From Mageeibacillus sp. UBA5436 (GTDB lineage Bacteria; Bacillota; Clostridia; Saccharofermentanales; DTU023): 59,918 bases of DNA. Location: NCBI GenBank assembly GCA_002427545.1, contig DIRM01000040.1:1-59918 (forward strand). Reading direction: 5' to 3'. Shown one piece after another: positions 1 to 8,170 of this stretch. How positions within the stretch are numbered: position 1 is the first letter of the stretch; the number at the start of each line of letters is the position of its first letter. The translations under genes and the position numbers were made by a program. Below the pieces are notes generated by a model, which did not search any database, was not told the origin of the DNA, and saw nothing but the letters and a program-made list of their open reading frames with translations.

Positions 1-21
1 ATTAAACATTGAGGAGAAAAA

Positions 22-744
22 ATGGCAAATATTTTTTGGCAGGGTGTGAATTATAATATTCCTATCATTTATGAGGATAATCATTTGATTATTGTAGAAA
101 AACCTGTTGGTATGCTTTCACAGGGTGATAAAACTGGTGATGTCGATTTATTAAATCTTATTAAAGAATATATTCGAATTAAATACGAAAAACCCGGTGC
201 CGCTTGGCTCGGTTTAATACATCGTTTAGATAGACCAGTAGGAGGCTTAATGGTTTTCGCAAAAACTTCAAAAGCCGCATCCCGTTTATCTGAACAGATT
301 AGAGAACATACTTTTATCAGAAAATATTTAGCTGTTGTTCATGCGGAATTAAAACCGCAAAATGCAAGCTGGTCTGATCATATCAGTAAAAATAAAATCA
401 AAGGTAAATACATTGCCGATTCAAATTTAGATCCTCGTTATATAGATAAATATCAAGCTTGTTCTCTCAATTATCAAGTTCAAGCCTATTTGCCCAAAGA
501 AAACATCTCTTTGGTTGAAATCGAATTAAAAACAGGACGAAGTCATCAAATTCGAGCTCAAATGAAAGCCCATAATCACCCTTTGGTAGGTGATCGCCTT
601 TATGGCAAGCTCACCGATTTTGATCGTCAAGCTGAAGGCCCTGCTTTATATGCCTCTTTTTTGCAATTTAAACATCCTGTTAAAGATGAAATTATGATTT
701 ACAAAAATCGTCCCGAAAATTTTCCATTTGTTTTATTTAAATAA
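22..744 (+). CDS. RluA-family pseudouridine synthase (no S4 domain)
   Basis: 240-aa ORF with gaggag SD upstream. Motifs HRLDRPVGGLMVFAKT (catalytic Asp loop) and GRSHQIRAQM are typical of RluA/RluD-type synthases. Confidence 0.85.
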   Translation: MANIFWQGVNYNIPIIYEDNHLIIVEKPVGMLSQGDKTGDVDLLNLIKEYIRIKYEKPGAAWLGLIHRLDRPVGGLMVFAKTSKAASRLSEQIREHTFIRKYLAVVHAELKPQNASWSDHISKNKIKGKYIADSNLDPRYIDKYQACSLNYQVQAYLPKENISLVEIELKTGRSHQIRAQMKAHNHPLVGDRLYGKLTDFDRQAEGPALYASFLQFKHPVKDEIMIYKNRPENFPFVLFK

Positions 745-796
745 TAATTATTATAAATATTATATGAACCAATATTAATATTAGAAGGGGTTTAAC

Positions 797-1462
797 ATGA
801 TTAAAACAAAAGATCTTATCACCTATCAAAATACTTTGGTTGAAGCTTTATTAGCAGAAATCGAATATCCTTGGCAGGTATTGTCACAAATTCACGATTA
901 TATTTTAGAAATTGGACCTAAATTATCAATTGAAGATTTTAAACAAATAGATGATAATATTTGGATTCATAATTCAGTTAAAATTGCTAAGACTTCAACC
1001 ATTATTGGTCCAACCATTATTGATGAAAATACGGAAATTAGGCCGGGTGCATTTATCCGGGGAAATGTATTTATTGGTAAAAATTGTGTTGTAGGAAATT
1101 CTACAGAAATCAAAAATAGTTTATTAATAGAACATGTCGAAGTCCCACATTATAATTATGTTGGTGATTCAATTTTGGCTCCTTATAGTCATTTAGGCGC
1201 AGGTTCTATCACTTCGAATATTAAAGCAGATCGCCAAAATATTATTATCAACGTCAATGGCGAAAAAATTGAAACTGGTTTAAGAAAAATCGGAGCCATT
1301 TTAGGGGATCATGTCGAAATTGGCTGTAATGCTGTTTTAAACCCCGGTACAATCATTGGAAAAAACAGTCATGTTTATCCTTTATCTATGGTTCGAGGTT
1401 ATGTTCCGAGCAATCATATTTATAAAAATAAAAGCGAAATTGTTTTAATTGAAGATAAATAA
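797..1462 (+). CDS. Hexapeptide-repeat (left-handed beta-helix) protein resembling the GlmU C-terminal acetyltransferase domain; no nucleotidyltransferase domain
   Basis: 221-aa ORF. Repeated [LIV]-G-x-x-x-x hexads (IGKNCVVGNSTEIKNSLL, VGDSILAPYSHLGAGSITSN, IGCNAVLNPGTIIGKNSHV). SD aagggg upstream. Confidence 0.55.
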   Translation: MIKTKDLITYQNTLVEALLAEIEYPWQVLSQIHDYILEIGPKLSIEDFKQIDDNIWIHNSVKIAKTSTIIGPTIIDENTEIRPGAFIRGNVFIGKNCVVGNSTEIKNSLLIEHVEVPHYNYVGDSILAPYSHLGAGSITSNIKADRQNIIINVNGEKIETGLRKIGAILGDHVEIGCNAVLNPGTIIGKNSHVYPLSMVRGYVPSNHIYKNKSEIVLIEDK

Positions 1463-1526
1463 CTTTAATTTATTTTATAGAAGAGAAGACAACTTTTTTA
1501 TTTTAAATTTATCCAGGAGTATTTAA

Positions 1527-2849
1527 ATGAAGAATACTATTAAACGCTTGCAAGCAGCCATTCAAATTCCAACTTGTTCTCACCCAGAAGCTAAGGATAC
1601 AAATTGGTTATATTTTGATGAATTTATTAAATATCTAGAAAATTATTATCCAATCATTCATCAAAATTTAGAAAAAACAATTGTAAATAATTACGGTTTA
1701 ATATTTCATTGGCGAGGCCAATCTAACAAATCAAACGCTTCCCTACCTATTTTATTAACAGCCCATTATGATGTGGTCGCTGCTTCTGAAGAAGGCTGGC
1801 AACATCCACCTTTTTCTGGATATGATGATGGAGAATATATTTGGGGTCGTGGTACTTTGGATGATAAAAGTTCTTTAATTTGTATTTTAGAAGCCATTGA
1901 ACAATTATTATCTGAAAACTATATACCACCTTATGATATTTATTTTGCTTTTGGTTTTGATGAAGAACAAGGTGGAAATTTAGGTGCGCAAAAAATTGCG
2001 GATTATTTTTTAGAAAAACAAATTCATTTTCAATATGTGTTAGATGAAGGAGGAGCTATTGTCGGTGGCAAAACATTAGGTGTTAAACCAGATTTAGCCG
2101 TTGTTGGCATCGCAGAAAAAGGCAATAATAGCTTTCGACTAACATTTAAGGGTGAAGAGGGACATTCTTCTACACCGCCAAATCACACAGCAATAGGAAA
2201 AATGGCAGCTTTTATTCAACAAGTTGAAAATCATCCCATGCCTGTTCATTTAACAGAAACAGTAATTGAAATGTTAAAGGCTCTATCCGAACAAATGTCA
2301 GGAATCCAAAAATTCGCCTTAACATATCCTAAAACTTTTTTCCCCATTGTTAAAAAAATTCTTTTAAAGAATAAACAAACTGCAGCTATGCTCCGCACAA
2401 CTTTTGCTTTTACCATGACAAATTCTGGTTCTGGTCATAATGTTTTACCCAAAGAAGCTACTTGCGTCGTTAATGCTAGAATTTTACAAGGAGATAGTGT
2501 TCAATCTATCAAGGATTATTTTAATCATTTTGGTTTTGACTATAAAATTGAAAGCATTTTAGAAAATGAGCCAACTGCAATAAGTGATGTTCATTCCAAT
2601 GCCATGTCTTATCTTGCAGACCGCATTCAAACTACTTTTAACGGAACCATCGCTTTACCGTATTTAATGGTTGGCGGTACCGACAGCCGCTACTATGAAA
2701 AAGTTACAGATCAAACTTTCCGTTTTTTACCTTGTCGTTTAACTAATGACGAATTAGCGACGATGCATGCTACTAATGAAAGAATTTCACATGAGAATTT
2801 AGAAAAAATGATTCTTTTTTATAAGGAATTCTTAATAAATTTAGCTTAG
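1527..2849 (+). CDS. M20/M25/M40 family metallopeptidase (carboxypeptidase/dipeptidase-like)
   Basis: 440-aa ORF with metal-ligand motifs LTAHYDVV, GRGTLDDK, FGFDEEQGG, LDEGG and a C-terminal GGTDSRYY-type motif. Confidence 0.8.
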   Translation: MKNTIKRLQAAIQIPTCSHPEAKDTNWLYFDEFIKYLENYYPIIHQNLEKTIVNNYGLIFHWRGQSNKSNASLPILLTAHYDVVAASEEGWQHPPFSGYDDGEYIWGRGTLDDKSSLICILEAIEQLLSENYIPPYDIYFAFGFDEEQGGNLGAQKIADYFLEKQIHFQYVLDEGGAIVGGKTLGVKPDLAVVGIAEKGNNSFRLTFKGEEGHSSTPPNHTAIGKMAAFIQQVENHPMPVHLTETVIEMLKALSEQMSGIQKFALTYPKTFFPIVKKILLKNKQTAAMLRTTFAFTMTNSGSGHNVLPKEATCVVNARILQGDSVQSIKDYFNHFGFDYKIESILENEPTAISDVHSNAMSYLADRIQTTFNGTIALPYLMVGGTDSRYYEKVTDQTFRFLPCRLTNDELATMHATNERISHENLEKMILFYKEFLINLA

Positions 2850-2885
2850 GAAATGTAAAGTTATTTAAAAATTGAAGGAGGCAAT

Positions 2886-3611
2886 ATGAGCTTCAATTTA
2901 AATCATCCTATTTTATTCCTTTTTGCAGGTATTGTTATTGCCTTTGTTTTAGGTCAATCTTTTTTCTTTTTGATAAAAGCTTGGAAAAGAGCCAGAGAAC
3001 TTGGCATAGCTAAAAAAACCTTAAAAAATCTTTCCATCGGCAGTGCTCTCTTTTCCGTAGCACCTGCCATTAGCATTTTACTCGGTTTGATCAGTCTCTC
3101 TCGTTTTTTAGGCTTGCCTCTTCCATGGCTAAGACTCTCTGTGCTCGGTGCTTTAACTTATGAATTACCTGCAGCAGCTGCAGTCGCTAAAATATTAAAT
3201 TTGCCTTTAGATCAACCTATTATGAATGCTTCCATTTATATTGCTATATCTTGGGTCATGACTTTAGGTATTATGGCTGGAATCATTGTTATTTTATTTT
3301 TTCAAAAAAAGATGGAAAACAATCTCATCAAAATGAAAAAGAAAGATTCTAAATGGAGCAGTATTTTAATGGATTCTTTATTTGTCGGTATGATTGCTAC
3401 TTTTTTAGGTATGGTTTTTGCTGACATACACCTTGGTTTAGAAGGCTGGATACCTGTTTTCGTCATGCTATTTTCAGCCTTATTGATGTTAATAATGGGC
3501 TTGTTAATCAAAGTTTTTAAATGGCAATGGCTCGAAAATTATGCAATGCCTTTCAGTATGCTTGGTGCTATGGCATTTGCTATACCTTTAACTAATTGGA
3601 TTCAGGGTTAA
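2886..3611 (+). CDS. Polytopic membrane protein of unknown function (DUF5058-like, from memory only)
   Basis: 241-aa ORF with about 6 hydrophobic segments. Strong SD gaaggagg upstream. Sits 36 nt after the M20 peptidase gene. Confidence 0.5.
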   Translation: MSFNLNHPILFLFAGIVIAFVLGQSFFFLIKAWKRARELGIAKKTLKNLSIGSALFSVAPAISILLGLISLSRFLGLPLPWLRLSVLGALTYELPAAAAVAKILNLPLDQPIMNASIYIAISWVMTLGIMAGIIVILFFQKKMENNLIKMKKKDSKWSSILMDSLFVGMIATFLGMVFADIHLGLEGWIPVFVMLFSALLMLIMGLLIKVFKWQWLENYAMPFSMLGAMAFAIPLTNWIQG

Positions 3612-3622
3612 GGAGAAATGAA

Positions 3623-4291
3623 ATGAAAAATCAAATAACGAAAACTTATCGTGAACGCGTACATACTTGGGGTAGAACTTCCTTGGTTTTAGCCATTTTG
3701 TTCTTTATTTCTTATCCAATTATCACCAGTATTTATTTTCAAGAGAAACCAGACTTTCAAGTCATATTAAAAGGTCTATTAGCTGTAGCGCCTATCTATT
3801 GGACCGTTGGAATTATTGAGGCTTTAACCTTTGGTCCCATGTTAGGATCTGGAGGGGCTTATTTAGGATTTGTCACTGGCAATTTAACCGCTATGAAAGT
3901 GCCAGCTGCCATACGTGCCATGCAAATAGCTAAAGTAGAGCCTAACAGCGAAGAAGGCGAAGTGATATCAACAATCGCGATAGCAATCAGCTCTATTGTC
4001 ACTACTATTATCTTAATTATAGGTATGCTTCTATTAAATCAATTAACGCCTTTTTTAGAATCACCTACTTTAGCACCCGCTTTTGCCAATATCTTACCTG
4101 CACTCTTTGGCGGCTTGGCTGTTGTATTTTTATCTAAGAACAGTAAAATTGCAATTGCTCCAATTATATTGATGCTAATACTATTCTTAATCAAACCTTC
4201 TCTGTCTAGTTCGGTCAGTGTTTTAATTCCAATTAGCGTTTTAATCACTGTTGGTGTTGCTAGATTTATGTATAAAAAGAATTGGTTATAA
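3623..4291 (+). CDS. Polytopic membrane protein of unknown function
   Basis: The ORF track starts at 3596. I prefer the in-frame ATG at 3623 (MKNQITK...), which follows SD aaggag (3609-3614) by 8 nt. About 6 hydrophobic segments. Probably co-transcribed with the two preceding genes. Confidence 0.5.
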   Translation: MKNQITKTYRERVHTWGRTSLVLAILFFISYPIITSIYFQEKPDFQVILKGLLAVAPIYWTVGIIEALTFGPMLGSGGAYLGFVTGNLTAMKVPAAIRAMQIAKVEPNSEEGEVISTIAIAISSIVTTIILIIGMLLLNQLTPFLESPTLAPAFANILPALFGGLAVVFLSKNSKIAIAPIILMLILFLIKPSLSSSVSVLIPISVLITVGVARFMYKKNWL

Positions 4292-4292
4292 A

Positions 4293-4748
4293 TTACTTAT
4301 GATAGTTTTGATGATTGAGAATTTTATAAGCTCGAAACAATTGTTCTAAAATTATAATTCGGGCTAATAAATGCGGAAAAGTCATTTTTGAAAGGCTTAT
4401 AATTTGATTAGCACGCTGACGAACTCGATCATCAAAACCAATTGAGCCACCTATTATAATAGCTATATTTGATCCTGCATGATTTATCGTTTGAGCAAAT
4501 TGTAATGAGTCCATTTGTCTGGCTTTAACATCAAATAGAATTAAATATTCATTGTCTTTGACCGTTTTTAAGAGCCTCTCGCTTTCATCTTCGATGATAC
4601 GTTCTGCTTCAAAAGCTGGATTGGCTTCTTTTAATTCAATAATCTGACATTTATGAAAGTGCTGAATTCGTTTTAAATAATCCTGTTCAACAGATTTCAT
4701 CCCCTTGTCTTTCATTTTGCCAATACAGATAATCCGAATCATTGTCAT
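4293..4748 (-). CDS. rlmH: 23S rRNA (pseudouridine1915-N3)-methyltransferase RlmH (SPOUT family)
   Basis: 151 aa. The C-terminus IIGGSIGFDDRV...LSKMTFPHLLARIIILEQLFRAYKILNHQNYHK closely matches the RlmH family signature. Confidence 0.9.
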   Translation of the reverse strand: MTMIRIICIGKMKDKGMKSVEQDYLKRIQHFHKCQIIELKEANPAFEAERIIEDESERLLKTVKDNEYLILFDVKARQMDSLQFAQTINHAGSNIAIIIGGSIGFDDRVRQRANQIISLSKMTFPHLLARIIILEQLFRAYKILNHQNYHK

Positions 4749-4854
4749 TCATCACCTTTCTTTTATTCAAATGCTATTTTTAAGGATTTTCAAATAAAAA
4801 ACAAGAGTTCATTTTTTTAATTTCTTTCATATTAATAATATGTTTTTTTAAAAG

Positions 4855-4883
4855 TTGACGGCAATGCCCTTTATCATTAAAAT
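4855..4883 (+). promoter_or_regulatory. Sigma-A-type promoter for tRNA-Pro
   Basis: TTGACG (4855-4860), 17-nt spacer, TAAAAT (4878-4883). The tRNA starts 13 nt downstream. Confidence 0.6.
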
Positions 4884-4895
4884 GAAATTTGTTAT

Positions 4896-4972
4896 CGGGG
4901 TGTAGCTCAGGTGGCTAGAGTGCATGCTTGGGGTGCATGAGGTCGCAAGTTCAAGTCTTGTCACTCCGACCA
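4896..4972 (+). tRNA. tRNA-Pro (anticodon GGG), CCA encoded
   Basis: Hand-folded cloverleaf. Acceptor CGGGGTG/CACTCCG, D arm GCTC/GAGT, anticodon stem CATGC/GCATG with loop TTGGGGT (GGG, G37), T arm GCAAG-TTCAAGT-CTTGT, discriminator A plus CCA. Confidence 0.9.
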
Positions 4973-4976
4973 GTAA

Positions 4977-5013
4977 AAAGCACTGATTTAATTCTTTTCA
5001 GTGCTTTATTTTT
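4977..5013 (+). terminator. Rho-independent terminator after tRNA-Pro
   Basis: Stem AAAGCACTGA / TCAGTGCTTT (10 bp, 11-nt loop) followed by ATTTTT. Confidence 0.75.
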
Positions 5014-5097
5014 ATATAAATTTTCTGATATTCAGAAACATTTTGAACTAATCAACTATGGTTCAAAATATCCAATCGTTCAAGTGGAGATTAAAGT

Positions 5098-5595
5098 ATG
5101 ACGAAACGACAAGATTATATTTCATGGGATGAATATTTTATGGGTATTGCCTTATTATCCGCGCAAAGAAGCAAAGACCCTAATACACAAGTTGGTGCTT
5201 GTGTTGTTAATCAAGATAACAAAATTGTATCCGTTGGTTATAATGGAATGCCTCTGGGCGTTAATGATGACGATTTTCCTTGGGAACGTGAAGGAAATTT
5301 TTTAGATACAAAATATCCTTATGTTTGCCATGCTGAATTAAATGCCATTTTAAACAATCCTGGGATATCTTTAAAAGATTGTTCTATTTATGTTCCTTTA
5401 TTCCCTTGTAATGAATGTTGCAAAGCAATTATCCAATCTGGTATCAAAAAAGTTATTTATTTATCTGATAAATATGCTGAAACAGACGGCACCATTGCTT
5501 CTAAAAGAATGATGGATGCTGCCAAAGTAATCTATCAACCATTAAAAACAGATTTAGAAGAATTAACCATTTCATTTCGCGTTGCGGATGTTTAA
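5098..5595 (+). CDS. comEB: dCMP deaminase (ComEB family)
   Basis: 165 aa. Zinc-binding cytidine/deoxycytidylate deaminase motifs CHAELNAI and PCNECCKAI. SD ggagat upstream. Confidence 0.85.
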   Translation: MTKRQDYISWDEYFMGIALLSAQRSKDPNTQVGACVVNQDNKIVSVGYNGMPLGVNDDDFPWEREGNFLDTKYPYVCHAELNAILNNPGISLKDCSIYVPLFPCNECCKAIIQSGIKKVIYLSDKYAETDGTIASKRMMDAAKVIYQPLKTDLEELTISFRVADV

Positions 5596-5646
5596 ATTCA
5601 ATTTTTAATTGTAATAAACTTGTAAACCGAACATAGTTTTCCTTTC

Positions 5647-5694
5647 TTGACTCCGAACGTTTGTTTTGTTAAATTATAAAAGAACAAACGTTCG
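5647..5694 (+). promoter_or_regulatory. Promoter overlapped by two LexA-type (Cheo box, GAAC-N4-GTTC) operators
   Basis: TTGACT (5647-5652), 17 nt, TAAATT (5670-5675). Box cGAACgtttGTTTt (5654-5667) lies in the spacer. Box aGAACaaacGTTCg (5681-5694, perfect core) lies just downstream of the -10. A weaker half-site CGAACatagTTTT sits at 5628-5640. Confidence 0.5.
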
Positions 5695-5709
5695 AAAGAA
5701 GGAAAATTT

Positions 5710-6030
5710 ATGATTAATTTATTATTTTATATATCACTTTTAACATTAAGTTTATTTACTTATTTACGTTTAAGTAATGAAGATACTCTTATTTCATCTG
5801 AAGAACAAGAATATTTGAAAATTCAACATGAATTAAAAATTCTGCATCAAAGGAAACAAAACCTCAATAAGATGCAAGAAAATCTAAAATATCAAAAACA
5901 AAATCAAATTTATTCTAAAGATATCGATTTATTTGTTATCCAATCTCATAAAATTAATAGAGACAAAGATAAAATAGCAATCATCTCAAAAAATCAGAAA
6001 ACTCCACTATCTGATGATAAAATTGCTTAA
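5710..6030 (+). CDS. Small membrane-anchored coiled-coil protein, unknown function
   Basis: 106 aa. N-terminal hydrophobic helix MINLLFYISLLTLSLFTYL followed by a charged, heptad-like region. SD aaggaaa 7-8 nt before the ATG. Confidence 0.55.
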   Translation: MINLLFYISLLTLSLFTYLRLSNEDTLISSEEQEYLKIQHELKILHQRKQNLNKMQENLKYQKQNQIYSKDIDLFVIQSHKINRDKDKIAIISKNQKTPLSDDKIA

Positions 6031-6051
6031 TTGAATTTACTTCGCTATAAT
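6023..6051 (+). promoter_or_regulatory. Sigma-A-type promoter for tRNA-Ser
   Basis: TTGCTT (6023-6028), 17 nt, TATAAT (6046-6051). Overlaps the 3' end of the preceding ORF. Confidence 0.55.
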
Positions 6052-6078
6052 TCAAAGGCAAGTTTTAATATTTGTTTT

Positions 6079-6169
6079 GGAAGCGTAGCGAAGAGGCCGT
6101 AACGCGCCGCACTCGAAATGCGGTTGTCCAGTAATGGGCACGTGGGTTCGAATCCCACCGCTTCCGCCA
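6079..6169 (+). tRNA. tRNA-Ser (anticodon CGA), long variable arm, CCA encoded
   Basis: Acceptor GGAAGCG/CGCTTCC, anticodon stem CCGCA/TGCGG with loop CTCGAAA (CGA), variable arm TGTCC-AGTAAT-GGGCA, T arm GTGGG-TTCGAAT-CCCAC, discriminator G plus CCA. Confidence 0.9.
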
Positions 6170-6176
6170 ATCCACT

Positions 6177-6202
6177 AAAAGCCCTATTCTATGGGCTTTT
6201 TT
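6177..6202 (+). terminator. Rho-independent terminator after tRNA-Ser
   Basis: AAAAGCCC-tattctat-GGGCTTTT followed by TT. Confidence 0.75.
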
Positions 6203-6270
6203 AATATCTATGATACTATTATCATGCTTAAAAAATATTTATCGCGATTTAGGTTAAAAGGAGCTAAAAT

Positions 6271-6864
6271 ATGGAGAAGAAATTTTTCAAAAAAATATAC
6301 AGCCACAAAGACTTTTATAAAGCTCTTGTGCTTTCCTTTAGAAGTGCTAAATACCTTAGATTAAACCGTAAGAAAAACCTTATATCTCCCCAGTTTAAAG
6401 AAAGAATTATGTTAGCCGTTACTGAAGTCAATGGTTGTGAAGCATGTTCATATGCCCATACAAAATTCGCTTTAGAGGAAGGAATGGCTATAGGAGAAAT
6501 CAATGCTATCTTAAGCGGTGATACAAAAACTATTCCAGAAAACGAACTTATCGGTATTTTTTTCGCACAGTATTATACAGATAATAACGGAAAGGTTTCA
6601 CAAAAATCCTGGCAAAGCCTTGTGGATAAATATGGTGAAGAAAGCGCCATGATTATTTTAGCTATGATTCGAATGATGAATGTAGGTAATATATACGGTA
6701 TGGCATATAGTGCCCTTCGTGATCGTATCAAGGGTAAGCCTTCCGGTAAGACAAGTTTATTCTATGAAATTTCCATTATGCTATCGATTATTCTATATGT
6801 GCCCGCGGCAATCATCCACGCAATCTTTGATAACATCAGAAAGAAAACAATTTATCCTTTTTAA
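6271..6864 (+). CDS. Carboxymuconolactone decarboxylase (AhpD-like) family protein with C-terminal hydrophobic helix
   Basis: 197 aa. CxxC-containing motif EVNGCEACSYAHTKFALEEG is typical of CMD/AhpD-like domains. C-terminal segment ISIMLSIILYVPAAIIHAIF is hydrophobic. Confidence 0.6.
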   Translation: MEKKFFKKIYSHKDFYKALVLSFRSAKYLRLNRKKNLISPQFKERIMLAVTEVNGCEACSYAHTKFALEEGMAIGEINAILSGDTKTIPENELIGIFFAQYYTDNNGKVSQKSWQSLVDKYGEESAMIILAMIRMMNVGNIYGMAYSALRDRIKGKPSGKTSLFYEISIMLSIILYVPAAIIHAIFDNIRKKTIYPF

Positions 6865-7009
6865 AAGGATAAATCTGCCCTTTCACAATTTTATTGATAA
6901 TAGAAAAATTATATTATTATACTTTTTCCATTAATCAGAATATTTCCTAATAATTATTTGATGATAATCACGAAAATGCCGCTATTATAGACCTTTAAGC
7001 CAATTTAAG

Positions 7010-7038
7010 TTGACAAGGTTATAAAAAATCATCATAAT
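7010..7038 (+). promoter_or_regulatory. Sigma-A-type promoter for hup
   Basis: TTGACA (7010-7015), 17 nt, CATAAT (7033-7038). Confidence 0.6.
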
Positions 7039-7069
7039 AATTTTTGCATTATATTAAAGGAGGCTCCTC

Positions 7070-7345
7070 ATGAACAAAACTGAATTAGTTGCTGCTGTTG
7101 CAGAAGAAACTAAGTTGAGCAAAAAAGATAGCCAGAAAGCAGTTAATGCTGTTTTAGAAACAATTACTAATGAATTAGAAAAAGGCGAAAAAGTTACATT
7201 AGTTGGATTTGGTACATTTGAAGTTCGTAATCGTGCTGAACGTCAAGGTAGAAACCCTGCAACTAAAGAGACTATCACAATTCCCGCTTCTAAATCACCT
7301 GCATTCAAGGCTGGTAAGGGTTTAAAAGATCGTGTTAACAAGTAA
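7070..7345 (+). CDS. hup: HU-family nucleoid DNA-binding protein
   Basis: 91 aa. MNKTELV...[42 protein letters not shown] is a canonical HU sequence. Strong SD aaggagg. Confidence 0.95.
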   Translation: MNKTELVAAVAEETKLSKKDSQKAVNAVLETITNELEKGEKVTLVGFGTFEVRNRAERQGRNPATKETITIPASKSPAFKAGKGLKDRVNK

Positions 7346-7367
7346 TTTTTAACAATTATTTTATGCT

Positions 7368-7400
7368 AAAGGCTATCATTGATAGCCTTTTTCTTTTTTC
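7368..7400 (+). terminator. Rho-independent terminator after hup, shared with the convergent gene end
   Basis: AAAGGCTATC-att-GATAGCCTTT followed by a T-rich tract. The stop codon of the minus-strand ORF at 7376 lies inside the hairpin. Confidence 0.75.
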
Positions 7401-8035
7401 AATGATTTTTTTATTTCTTTAAACTCTTTTAAATCTTCTACTAAATTCTCTGCCTCATTAATTAATTTGTATATCGTAGATCGATTTCCTCTTGTTTTTA
7501 TATTCTCATCAAAAAAATAAGTTTTATTAATATTCTTTAATCTTTCTTTTTTCTCTTTTGCCTCTAGTTTTCTAAAAGCATAACGTACTGAATAACAAAC
7601 TTTATTGGGATCACTTTGAAATATTTCAGCAATTAAGGGATACAAATTATTAGAAAATGATACAAGTAATGATTTATCTAATAAGCAATGTATAATAATT
7701 TGATGAATAAATTTCGTTCCTATCAAGCTTTTGTCAAATTCATATTTATCAATCAAAAAATCAGCTGTTTTTTCTAATTTCTCTGTTTTTTGATTTTGTA
7801 GATTAAAGCGAGATTCCATCAATTGCATGGTCACCGTTTTCATGTTTTTATACGCGGTAGGAAAACCTTTTCTTCCATCAACAATATAATGTAGATTCCC
7901 TTGTAGATCCGGCAATCCGATTAGACCATTCTTTTTTAAAGCTTGCTCAAACTTCGAAAATAATTCTTTATTATTGCTGCATATAGAAAAATGCAAATCA
8001 GGTTTTTGATGAATTTGTATGAGATCTTTATTCAT
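7376..8035 (-). CDS. Spo0A C-terminal-domain-like DNA-binding protein with short atypical N-terminal domain
   Basis: The ORF track starts at a TTG (8050). I prefer the ATG at 8035 (MNKDLIQ...), preceded by GGAGG. The C-terminal part ([14 protein letters not shown]...[28 protein letters not shown]...[14 protein letters not shown]) follows the pattern of the B. subtilis Spo0A effector domain ([10 protein letters not shown]...[24 protein letters not shown]...PTNSEFIAMVADKL). Confidence 0.55.
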   Translation of the reverse strand: [219 protein letters not shown]

Positions 8036-8170
8036 TAAATTTACCTCCAAACAGATGTTAATAGATGGTAAATAAATGGAAATTAATGATTCTATTATAG
8101 CTATAATCTATAATTATGTAAATTATATCATAGCAATTAAAATAATTATCATTTTTAATAAATAATCGAC

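Noticed and set aside
5654-5694. Inverted repeat as a rho-independent terminator of comEB
   Set aside because: The arms are 12 nt but separated by a 16-nt AT loop. No T-tract follows the second arm, and it lies 60 nt past the comEB stop, overlapping a good -35/-10 pair. Each arm independently matches GAAC-N4-GTT(C/T), so the operator interpretation is preferred, though a hairpin role is not excluded.
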